Positions 1 through 7,198 of a DNA stretch of 16,000 nt are shown piece by piece; position 1 is the stretch's first letter; each line of letters opens with the position of its first letter. A program made the translations under genes and the position numbers. The stretch is from Pseudoalteromonas sp. SSM20 (GTDB taxonomy: Bacteria > Pseudomonadota > Gammaproteobacteria > Enterobacterales > Alteromonadaceae): positions 237,535 through 253,534 of the forward strand of contig NZ_JBMMUG010000007.1 in NCBI RefSeq assembly GCF_049257255.1, given 5' to 3'. Below the pieces are notes generated by a model that was not told the origin of the DNA, did not search any database, and worked only from the letters and a program-made list of their open reading frames with translations.

Positions 1-1058
1 TTGCCAACAGAAAGAGAAACAACTTGGCCTGTACCTTCTGGGTAAGTTGAATATACGTCTACACCTGGTGCTGCAATTTCAACTTGGCTGTTCTTTTGCG
101 AGAAATCAGCAAGTGCTTTGCTGCTGTCGATTGCTGCAACAGACATTACTGAATCATATGAAGCAGGGAAGCTTTCAATATCAGTTGTGTTTGAAGGGTT
201 ACCATCGTTACCAGCTGCAGCAATTAGTAATAAGCCAGCATCAGCAATTGCTTGAATACCGTTACGCTCAGTGGTGCTTGAACCTGAACCACCAAGACTC
301 ATATTTACAACGTCACTACCTGCGTTTTTACACGCATTAAGTGCAGAAACTAAATCTGATGAGTAGCCCCAACCACTTGCGTTGAATACTTTGATGATGT
401 GTAGTGAAGGATCAGAACCAATAACACCACGAACACCTACACCGTTATCGATTGCAGCAATTGTACCTGCTACGTGTGTACCGTGTGGACCACCTTCTTG
501 ATACCAGTTACCTGTGCCACTGTTGTTTGTGCCTGTTACAGTGCCACCATTCGAGCCCATATCTTCATGAGGTAAATCTAAACCAGAGTCAATAACACAG
601 ATTTTTTTACCGTTGTTAGCAGCAGAGGCAACAGAATCGTTTACTTGATCTGCTTGAACCATTGCAATGCCGTATGGCTGTGTTTGTGCCATTAAGCGGC
701 GAGGTAGATCTTCTTCAACGTAATCTACCATAGGGTCATTTTGTAATTGTTTTAATTGTGAATCGCTTAATTCAGCAATGTTTGCATTAATTGATGGGTT
801 AAATTTCGCATTGCGCACACCCATTTGCATGAGACGGTCTTTAGTTACAGAGTCAATGCTTGTTGTATTAGCAAAGTTCATAAAAGAAGAATTGTCTTTG
901 TATTTTACAATGTAACGTTTTGGTAATGGAGATTTTACTGCTGCACGGTTATCAGCAAAGTTTGCTTTCAATAAGCCTTCTGATTCACTTGCTATAGCTG
1001 TATTTACAGCAAGTGCTACTGCTGCAATTGAGCAAATCTTTAATGATTTGTTTGTCAT
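1..1058 (-). CDS. Secreted subtilisin-like (peptidase S8) serine protease precursor, N-terminal ~352 aa; the 3' end lies beyond the left window edge
   Basis: Absent from the ORF track because it is open to the window edge. Reverse-strand translation from ATG (1058..1056) gives MTNKSLKICSIAAVALAVNTAIA (signal peptide) and a propeptide-like stretch. It continues with ...NNGKKICVIDSGLDLPHED (catalytic Asp motif, ~nt 575-620), ...GGPHGTHVAGTIAAIDNGVGVRGVI (catalytic His motif, ~nt 420-500) and ...DVVNMSLGGSG (oxyanion Asn, ~nt 285-315). The GTSMA Ser motif would be off-window. Confidence 0.85.
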   Translation of the reverse strand, partial: MTNKSLKICSIAAVALAVNTAIASESEGLLKANFADNRAAVKSPLPKRYIVKYKDNSSFMNFANTTSIDSVTKDRLMQMGVRNAKFNPSINANIAELSDSQLKQLQNDPMVDYVEEDLPRRLMAQTQPYGIAMVQADQVNDSVASAANNGKKICVIDSGLDLPHEDMGSNGGTVTGTNNSGTGNWYQEGGPHGTHVAGTIAAIDNGVGVRGVIGSDPSLHIIKVFNASGWGYSSDLVSALNACKNAGSDVVNMSLGGSGSSTTERNGIQAIADAGLLLIAAAGNDGNPSNTTDIESFPASYDSVMSVAAIDSSKALADFSQKNSQVEIAAPGVDVYSTYPEGTGQVVSLSVG

Positions 1059-1175
1059 AATAGTTCCCAGGTTGTTGTCGTTTTAGGAACCCAGAATGTA
1101 ACAGTGTGTAATTGAAATTCACACTAATTTAACATTATTGCTGTAAATGAATGTTAACAAAGTATTAACTTTGGT

Positions 1176-2354
1176 TTATTTAAGCTTTAATTTTGCGCTA
1201 AGACCATGAAAAATAACACTTAAAATTATTGTTAAAATTGCACTGTCGATAATTAGCTCAGAAACTGATGTTAGTTCTTGGATTAAAATCAAGGTGAAAA
1301 CTACCGACGCCAAGCCTCTTGGGCCAAACCACGCCAGTAAAATACGTTGTTTAAAAGGTAATGCTGTAAATAGTAATGACACTAAAACAGGCAAAATGCG
1401 CATAATAGTTAACGCTAAAATTGCAAAGATAATGGCGTTTAATTCAACACCATTATGTAAATAGGTGAAGGCAAAATTAGCAAAAACAAACCAAATTATA
1501 AGTGCACAGGTATTTGCAAGAGCATGGGCATTACTTAAGCGCTGTGGTTTGAAGGCAGATTTAAATTTAATATCAAATAATAAACCAGCAATAAACGCGG
1601 CAAAAAATCCACTGCCGCCAAGGGATTGTGTTAGTAGATAAATTAAGACAGCAATAGCGACAAAAATAAAAACTTCATTATCTTTGTTATACAAACGGTA
1701 TTTTTCCGAAAATAACACGACTTTAAAAATAAGCGGACTAACAAAACCTGCTATTAAAGTCGCAATGCCTATTTCCTTTATTGCAATAATCATGGTTTTT
1801 GATAGGTCAGGTGTTTGTTGATTAATCGCTGAATAAAGCAGTAATAAGAATATTGGGACAGCTAAACCATCATTTAAACCACTTTCAACATTAACTGCCT
1901 CACGTGTTTGTTCAGGTATTTTACTATTCTCAATAAAGTTGCTGCTAAGTGCTGCATCTGTTGGAGTTAATATAATTGCAAGCAACGCAATATGAAGAAA
2001 TGGCAGCTCTGAAAAAAGCAGGCTTCCAAGTAGTGAGCCAAGTGCAAATGTAATGGGTAAAGCTACTAATAACAGTAAAAGGGGGTAAGCATAGCTGTGC
2101 TTTAAAACTGCTAATTTTGTTTTAGCAGCATCACTAAATAAAATTAGTGCTAATGTGAGTTCGATATAAATTTGAAATGATGTCAATTCAACATCTATTT
2201 CACTGCTGCCATAAAATACAAAAGAATAAATCAACCCTGCAGTTAACATAAACATGGGGCCAGTAATGCTTAACTGGTGTATGCGCTTGGCAAAGAGTGA
2301 ATAAGCGATGAGTACGCATGTAATTACGACAAATAAAGTGTATGCATTATGCAT
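1176..2354 (-). CDS. Cation:proton (Na+/H+) antiporter, CPA1 / Na_H_exchanger family
   Basis: 392-aa polytopic membrane protein, hydrophobic throughout. It has the ...LLAWFGPRGLASVVFTL... motif typical of NhaP/CPA1 exchangers. Its ATG overlaps the upstream ORF's stop by 8 nt (ATGCATAA on the minus strand). Confidence 0.75.
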   Translation of the reverse strand: MHNAYTLFVVITCVLIAYSLFAKRIHQLSITGPMFMLTAGLIYSFVFYGSSEIDVELTSFQIYIELTLALILFSDAAKTKLAVLKHSYAYPLLLLLVALPITFALGSLLGSLLFSELPFLHIALLAIILTPTDAALSSNFIENSKIPEQTREAVNVESGLNDGLAVPIFLLLLYSAINQQTPDLSKTMIIAIKEIGIATLIAGFVSPLIFKVVLFSEKYRLYNKDNEVFIFVAIAVLIYLLTQSLGGSGFFAAFIAGLLFDIKFKSAFKPQRLSNAHALANTCALIIWFVFANFAFTYLHNGVELNAIIFAILALTIMRILPVLVSLLFTALPFKQRILLAWFGPRGLASVVFTLILIQELTSVSELIIDSAILTIILSVIFHGLSAKLKLK

Positions 2355-3291
2355 AGGTATTTAACTCATTTTCGACAGCTTTAATCATTCTTCTCAATTG
2401 CCTGACTTCATAGCATCCCTCACCGCGTTGCTTATGTAAAAGAGGGGCATTTTTAGATGTTTGTGAACCACGTAACAGTACATATTGTTCGGCCATTTTT
2501 AAACCTAACGAGCATAACGTGAGAGATTGTAATTGCCCATTTTGATAAAAATAAAAAATCTCACTGGAAATATCTAAATGCGCTAATTGGGGATAAAAAC
2601 CATCACCTTGTAAAGAAAATGACTGGAGCATCACATTATTATGTTTTACAAAATAATAGAGAAGTAAATCACGCACACGATGAATGTCATTTTGCCACTT
2701 AGCAAACTGTGATTCGATACATTCATATGATACTTCATTAACCTTACTTGATGGCTTTGTTGTGTTGTTTAACACGCTATCGCGTTTTCTAAGTAACTTA
2801 ATTGGGTTGTCTTTAATTATCTTAGTATCACACAAGTGATTACAAAAATGATTAAGAATTGTATAGGTTGAGGCACGTGATTCGTAACAAGTTGTGGTTT
2901 TGATAAAAGGTCGCCAATGTGGGTTATATACCCTTACGTTTTCAATTAATTTAAAACGAGTTGCCTTTCGGTTCGTTTGCCAATCTTCAGGCGGTGTTTG
3001 TAAGAAGTGCAAATATTCTTTTAATAATGCTTCATCAATATGTGCTAATGTTTGTTTTTTTTGATACCAAAGCCACAACACTAATTTTTCAACTTCATTA
3101 CGATAGCGGTTGTAGCTATTTGTGTTTTGTAAACCAACTGACAATAAATAACGTAAAACAATCATTAAGTCATTGTATTGCTCATCACTAATTTTACTTA
3201 GATGATGATAGTTTTTGCTTTGAAAATGGCTTTGCGCGTAGTCAATTTGATATGGTAGCTGGCAAAAAGTATCAATTATCGGCTTTATCAT
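2347..3291 (-). CDS. Tyrosine-recombinase (phage/ICE integrase)-like protein, apparently catalytically dead and C-terminally short
   Basis: The N-terminal half shows the core-binding pattern of island-type integrases: SYNRYRNEVEKLVLWLWYQKKQTLAHIDEALLKEYLHFLQTPPEDW...NPHWRPF...SRASTYTILNHFCNHLCDTKIIKDNPIKLL. The C-terminal half is only faintly similar (RVRDLLLYYFV..., ...YVLLRGSQ...APLL...). I found no GKG-K hairpin, no HxxR and no terminal Tyr. The ORF ends at 314 aa where the antiporter starts. Confidence 0.5.
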   Translation of the reverse strand: MIKPIIDTFCQLPYQIDYAQSHFQSKNYHHLSKISDEQYNDLMIVLRYLLSVGLQNTNSYNRYRNEVEKLVLWLWYQKKQTLAHIDEALLKEYLHFLQTPPEDWQTNRKATRFKLIENVRVYNPHWRPFIKTTTCYESRASTYTILNHFCNHLCDTKIIKDNPIKLLRKRDSVLNNTTKPSSKVNEVSYECIESQFAKWQNDIHRVRDLLLYYFVKHNNVMLQSFSLQGDGFYPQLAHLDISSEIFYFYQNGQLQSLTLCSLGLKMAEQYVLLRGSQTSKNAPLLHKQRGEGCYEVRQLRRMIKAVENELNTYA

Positions 3292-3334
3292 TGCTGAGAG
3301 CTTCCATTTTACTCATTATTATTTTTGGAAATTT

Positions 3335-4741
3335 ATGTCGCTTAAACAACGCTATAGTGAACTACCTGAGGTGTTTTTTCAATCAATTTGCCCTGAACAA
3401 ATGCGCGACCCTAGTTTAGTTGTTTTTAATAATGATTTAGCGAAACATCTAGACTTACCAAACGAATTTAGTGATCGAGATATTGATTTTTTAAGTGGTA
3501 ATAAGGTTATATCTTGCAGTAATCCATTAGCACTAGGTTATGCAGGCCATCAATTTGGCAATTTAGTACCGCAGCTTGGTGATGGTAGAGCTCATCTATT
3601 AGGACAAGTTGCCTCTCACTTAAATTATGATGTGGACTTACAATTAAAGGGCAGTGGTAAAACACATTACTCTCGAGGCGGTGATGGTAAGTCAACATTA
3701 AGAGCTGCGTTACGTGAATATATAGTGAGTGAATATCTTGCTACTTTGAATATTCAAACATGTCGAAGTTTATATGTTATCGCTGGCAATGAAGCCATTA
3801 TGCGAAACGAGCCGGAACAAGTTGGTTTGGTTTGTCGGGTTGCGAAAAGTCATATTCGTATAGGTAGTTTTCAATTTGCTGCAATGCATCAAGACCCTTT
3901 GGTGTTAAAGTCACTCGCTGATTTCACTATTAACACACTCTACCCTGAATTAATTAAATCACAAAACCCATATCTATCATTATTTGAATCAGTAGCAAAA
4001 AAACTAGCAATACTTGTAGCAAGTTGGATGGCAAATGGCTTTATTCATGGGGTAATGAACACCGATAATATCCTGTTATCTGGTGAGGCTATTGATTTTG
4101 GACCTTGTGCTTTTATGGGCGAATACAATCCAAATCAGGTTTTCAGCTCAATTGATAGGCAGGGGCGTTATGCGTTTCAAAATCAACCCGGTATCATGCA
4201 CTGGAATTTAGCGCGCTTGGCTGAGAGTTTAATTCCGCTTATTGATGAAAATGAAGAAACTAGCATCGAATTACTCTCTGCTGTCCTTAACAAATTTCCA
4301 ACAGAATATGAAAAACACTATCATTTACTTATGTGTGAAAAACTCGCACTCGATTCAGAGAACCCAAATTCAAAAGATCTGATTGTTTCTTTATTAGCAT
4401 ATATGAAAGATGAGAAACTAGATTACCGAAATACGTTTACGGTTTTATCAAATCATCAGCTAAACAATTTATCAAACGATATAATCATCTCTTCCGATTG
4501 GTACAAATCATGGCAAAAGAATAAGAAGATAGACTTAATTGATAGGATGTGTCATGTTAACCCTAAGAAACATTTTTATAATGTTACAATCGAAAAATTA
4601 CTCGATTTATGTGTAGCAGAGCCTTTACAAGCATCTAATTATATTGAACTTTATTTTGCATCTCTTACACAAGACGATAGCGATTTATTGCAAGCAAATA
4701 ACGCATTTGATGATGCATATCGTACATACTGCGGTACCTAA
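3335..4741 (+). CDS. selO: Protein adenylyltransferase SelO (YdiU/UPF0061 family pseudokinase-fold AMPylase)
   Basis: Hallmark motifs are LGYAGHQFGNLVPQLGDGRAHLLGQV, LQLKGSGKTHYSRGGDGKSTLRAALREYIVSEYL, HGVMNTDNILLSGEAIDFGPCAF and RYAFQNQPGIMHWNLARLAESL. Length is 468 aa (E. coli YdiU is ~478). A Cys sits third from the C-terminus (..YCGT*), as in E. coli (..SCSS*). Confidence 0.9.
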   Translation: MSLKQRYSELPEVFFQSICPEQMRDPSLVVFNNDLAKHLDLPNEFSDRDIDFLSGNKVISCSNPLALGYAGHQFGNLVPQLGDGRAHLLGQVASHLNYDVDLQLKGSGKTHYSRGGDGKSTLRAALREYIVSEYLATLNIQTCRSLYVIAGNEAIMRNEPEQVGLVCRVAKSHIRIGSFQFAAMHQDPLVLKSLADFTINTLYPELIKSQNPYLSLFESVAKKLAILVASWMANGFIHGVMNTDNILLSGEAIDFGPCAFMGEYNPNQVFSSIDRQGRYAFQNQPGIMHWNLARLAESLIPLIDENEETSIELLSAVLNKFPTEYEKHYHLLMCEKLALDSENPNSKDLIVSLLAYMKDEKLDYRNTFTVLSNHQLNNLSNDIIISSDWYKSWQKNKKIDLIDRMCHVNPKKHFYNVTIEKLLDLCVAEPLQASNYIELYFASLTQDDSDLLQANNAFDDAYRTYCGT

Positions 4742-4829
4742 TATAAGTTCAAATTGTCATGTCGCTAACTGCTAAACTTACGTCACGGTATTTTATATTG
4801 TTTCATAAATAGTTAGTTAGCGGGCAGTC

Positions 4830-5519
4830 ATGATAGATAAAATCAAAGAGCAAATACGTAAACGTATGTTTTGGGATTTAATCTCACTTTTACTTTTGTT
4901 TGCTACAAGTTATGTTTTATTTTTACTTTTTGATGTGATTGATTGGCTTCACGTACTAAGTCATGAAGTTGGGATCTATGGTATTGCAGAGATAATTCCA
5001 ACACTTTGTATGTTAGCTTTTGGCTTTTCAATATTTTCATATCGTCGTTGGCAAGATACGCGAGCGTTATCTCTTTACGCTGAAGAACTTTCGATGATCG
5101 ACCCAATGACAAATTTACCTAATCGTCGTGCTGTTCAACGTATATTAAATCAAATTAATCAAAAGAAAGAGTACCCAGTAGGGGTGTTATTAGTTGATAT
5201 AGAAGGTTTAGAAAACATTCGCTCAACACTTGGTCAAACTGTTTTAGAACATGTGATGATTGAAATCCTATATCATATTTCTAAGCATCTAACTGGGGAA
5301 CAACTAGTAGCCTATTGGCAAGCTGGGCAATTTGTTTGCTTGTGCCCAGGGTTAGAGCACAATGAAACTGAACACTTAAAACAACAATTTGAAGCGATTT
5401 CGATAAACCGAGATAAATTGCTTGGGCAATCGTTAAAATTCACCTGTGCAGCAAGTTCGGTTTATAACAAAGCCGAGCTCGAAAACCTGTTTAGCGAACT
5501 TGAAGAGCAATTAATTTAA
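4830..5519 (+). CDS. Membrane-anchored degenerate GGDEF-domain protein (GGDEF motif replaced by QAGQF)
   Basis: Two N-terminal hydrophobic helices (LISLLLLFATSYVLFLLF; IIPTLCMLAFGFSIFSY) are followed by the GGDEF-domain entry motif DPMTNLPNRRAV. The domain then degenerates: LLVDIEGLENIRSTLGQTVLEHV replaces DxDxFKxxNDxxGHxxGDxxL, and YWQAGQFVCLCPG (aa 164-168, nt 5319-5333) replaces RxGGDEFxxxLP. There is no RxxD I-site. Confidence 0.7.
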   Translation: MIDKIKEQIRKRMFWDLISLLLLFATSYVLFLLFDVIDWLHVLSHEVGIYGIAEIIPTLCMLAFGFSIFSYRRWQDTRALSLYAEELSMIDPMTNLPNRRAVQRILNQINQKKEYPVGVLLVDIEGLENIRSTLGQTVLEHVMIEILYHISKHLTGEQLVAYWQAGQFVCLCPGLEHNETEHLKQQFEAISINRDKLLGQSLKFTCAASSVYNKAELENLFSELEEQLI

Positions 5520-5750
5520 AACAAGTACGATAATGTCTTTGTTTTTTAAAGCGTTACAACGATTTGGTAATGCATTATCATTGTTTTTTTTGAAAATACA
5601 CTGTTCAAAGCCAAGGGTTTTACACTTATCGTAACAGGCCAATTTTTCAGTCCAGCCTGAATACTCACTCACCATTACATTTAACACCAAGGCACTAAAT
5701 GCGATAAATGTTGCGCCAACAATGAGCAATTGTTTAGGTGCGGATTTCAT
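5511..5750 (-). CDS. Small (79 aa) membrane-anchored or secreted Cys-containing hypothetical protein
   Basis: The sequence is MKSAPKQLLIVGATFIAFSALVLNVMV, then a soluble tail with 4 Cys (CYDKC...C...C). I prefer the second ATG (5750) because GGAGA (rc of 5757-5761) lies 6 nt upstream of it but directly abuts the track's ATG at 5756. Its 3' end overlaps the convergent GGDEF-like gene by 9 nt. Confidence 0.4.
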   Translation of the reverse strand: MKSAPKQLLIVGATFIAFSALVLNVMVSEYSGWTEKLACYDKCKTLGFEQCIFKKNNDNALPNRCNALKNKDIIVLVLN

Positions 5751-5822
5751 TTGCATTCTCCAACCTTACCCACGTTATTTTAGTCTAGTACAAAGTGACT
5801 ATTTTGTGTTCAATAACTCTAG

Positions 5823-5837
5823 TGAAAATGATTTTCA
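5823..5837. promoter_or_regulatory. Fur-box-like perfect 7-1-7 palindrome TGAAAATgATTTTCA
   Basis: It matches the Fur 7-1-7 consensus TGATAATnATTATCA with one symmetric mismatch per arm. The 19-mer GAAAATGATTTTCAATAGC matches the classical GATAATGATAATCATTATC at 14/19. It lies in the divergent intergenic region between the small ORF (start 5750) and bfr (start 5972). Confidence 0.4.
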
Positions 5838-5971
5838 ATAGCCTTACAAATTGCTTAAACAATTTCTCTAGGTTATTGAAATTTTAATATAAAAACGGTC
5901 TTGCTGAAGGCTTGTATCTAAATCTGGATTAGCTAAAGTTAAATTACCAAGTAATGTATTGAGTAATCGAA

Positions 5972-6442
5972 ATGAAAGGAAATAAAGAAGTACTCTCAGC
6001 GTTAAATCAGGTACTTACCCATGAGTTAACGTCTATTAATCAATTTTTTCTACATGCTCGGATGTTTAAAAATTGGGGATTAGAAGAACTTAACGAAAAA
6101 GCGTATAAAAAATCCATCAAGGATATGAAACAAGCGGATGATTTAATCGAGCGAATTTTGTTTCTAGAGGGGTTACCAAACTTACAACACTTAGAGCGCT
6201 TACGTATTGGTGAACACTCGAAAGAAATGCTCGAATGTGACTTAGCAATGCAAATGGATCAAATTCCTTTGTTAAAACAATCAATTGCTTTATGTGAAGA
6301 AAAACAAGATTACGTTAGCCGTGAGCTATTAGAAGAAATTCTAGAATATGAAGAAGATTATATTGATTCGTTAGAAACGCAACTTTCTCTAATTAACAAT
6401 ATTGGTATTGAAAATTACCTGCAAAGTCAGATTGAGGAGTAG
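5972..6442 (+). CDS. bfr: Bacterioferritin subunit, heme-binding type (Met52 present, ferroxidase ligands substituted)
   Basis: Collinear with E. coli Bfr (MKG..V...LN..L..EL..INQ.FLHARMFKNWGL...ERILFLEGLPNLQ...NYLQSQI). E18, M52 and E127 are retained, but E51D, H54Q, E94Q and H130Y are substituted. Confidence 0.9.
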   Translation: MKGNKEVLSALNQVLTHELTSINQFFLHARMFKNWGLEELNEKAYKKSIKDMKQADDLIERILFLEGLPNLQHLERLRIGEHSKEMLECDLAMQMDQIPLLKQSIALCEEKQDYVSRELLEEILEYEEDYIDSLETQLSLINNIGIENYLQSQIEE

Positions 6443-6445
6443 GTT

Positions 6446-6928
6446 ATGAAAGGTAACCAAAAAATTATTGATTTGCTCAATAGACAACTAACGCTTGAGC
6501 TGACTTCAATGGATCAATACCTTGCACATAGCAAAATTTATGAAGATTGGGGTATTGAAAAACTTCACCACCAGTTGTCACATGAATATGAAGAAGAGTT
6601 AGAACACGCTAACAAACTCATTGAGCGTATATTGTTTTTAGAGGGCACACCAGATACAGCATCACGTAAGCCAATAAATGTTGGTAGCAATGTTAAAGAG
6701 ATGCTCGAGAACGATTTAGCTGCTGAACACACAGTGCAAAAAAGCCTAATCGAGATTATTTCTGTTTGTGAAACTGAAAAAGACTATGTAACAAGAGAGA
6801 TTTTAGAAAAACTACTCGATGATACCGAAATGGATCATATTTATTGGTTAGAGCAGCATCTTAACTTGATAAATTTAATTGGCTTGCCAAATTATATTCA
6901 ATCTCAAATGAAGCACGAAACACCATAA
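6446..6928 (+). CDS. bfr: Bacterioferritin subunit, ferroxidase type (all di-iron ligands present, heme Met52 replaced by Leu)
   Basis: Bfr-like throughout. E18, E51, H54 and E94 are retained, plus ExxH (E128/H131, shifted one residue by an insertion). Position 52 is Leu. A strong SD (GAGGAG) lies 6 nt upstream, and the gene starts 3 nt after the stop of the first bfr. Confidence 0.9.
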   Translation: MKGNQKIIDLLNRQLTLELTSMDQYLAHSKIYEDWGIEKLHHQLSHEYEEELEHANKLIERILFLEGTPDTASRKPINVGSNVKEMLENDLAAEHTVQKSLIEIISVCETEKDYVTREILEKLLDDTEMDHIYWLEQHLNLINLIGLPNYIQSQMKHETP

Positions 6929-6953
6929 AAAAGGGCCTAATTGGCCCTTTTTT
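6929..6953 (+). terminator. Rho-independent terminator after the bfr pair
   Basis: AAAAGGGCC-TAATT-GGCCCTTTTTT: a GC-rich stem with flanking A/T extension and a 6-T run, immediately after the stop codon. Confidence 0.8.
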
Positions 6954-7178
6954 AATCTTAAAAATTTTATAGCCTTAACCTTACAAGCTAAATAAACGAA
7001 CAAACTTTTCTAAAATTGCCATGAAAATTGCCTTTAAAAGCCGTTTCAGCGTACATGTGTATATAAATTTAAATTCAATAATTTCAGTAATATAACCCTA
7101 ATATGTAATAAAAATATTAATTTTTTTAAATAGAGCAATTGATCTAAGAGAAATTTTATGACGTAATGTATGAAAATT

Positions 7179-7195
7179 ATCTGGTCGGATGAGTA
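7179..7195 (+). promoter_or_regulatory. FadR-type operator immediately upstream of fadE
   Basis: ATCTGGTCGGATGAGTA compared with the E. coli FadR consensus ANCTGGTCNGAYNTGTT. The CTGGTC-N-GA core is intact, and the site closely resembles the E. coli fadD site AGCTGGTATGATGAGTT. It ends 3 nt before the fadE ATG. Confidence 0.55.
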
Positions 7196-7198
7196 GCC

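Noticed and set aside
47-340. 97-aa plus-strand ORF (Q/L/C-rich) from the track
   Set aside because: It lies entirely antisense to the S8 protease coding region, whose catalytic motifs read cleanly on the minus strand. Its low-complexity composition is typical of shadow ORFs.
1103-1125. CRP-like inverted repeat AGTGTG-N11-CACACT upstream of the protease gene
   Set aside because: The spacing between the TGTG(A/T) and TCACA halves is 9 rather than the 6 required for CRP. The arms are only 6 bp in AT-rich DNA, so I cannot assign a regulator.
2961-3191. 76-aa plus-strand ORF
   Set aside because: Antisense shadow ORF inside the recombinase-like gene, with no RBS and no recognisable motif.
2347-3291. 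Calling the recombinase-like gene an active integrase marking a genomic island or mobile element
   Set aside because: I could find no catalytic RHRY residues, flanking direct repeats, adjacent tRNA or other mobility genes. It is also operonic with a housekeeping-type antiporter.
3507-3698. 63-aa minus-strand ORF
   Set aside because: It is embedded antisense in the most conserved part of selO.
4903-5112. 69-aa minus-strand ORF
   Set aside because: It is antisense within the GGDEF-like gene, with no supporting signals.
5511-5756. Small Cys-containing ORF next to bfr as a bacterioferritin-associated ferredoxin (Bfd)
   Set aside because: It is on the opposite strand, has an N-terminal membrane helix, and lacks the Bfd C-x-C ... 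C-x2-C [2Fe-2S] pattern.
7012-7032. Direct repeat AAAATTGCC-ATG-AAAATTGCC in the fadE upstream region, plus tiny ORFs there (24 aa from 7021; 8 codons from 7166)
   Set aside because: A 9-bp repeat in a very AT-rich spacer is within chance expectation and matches no operator that I recognise (ArcA and PsrA patterns checked by eye). The mini-ORFs lack RBSs.
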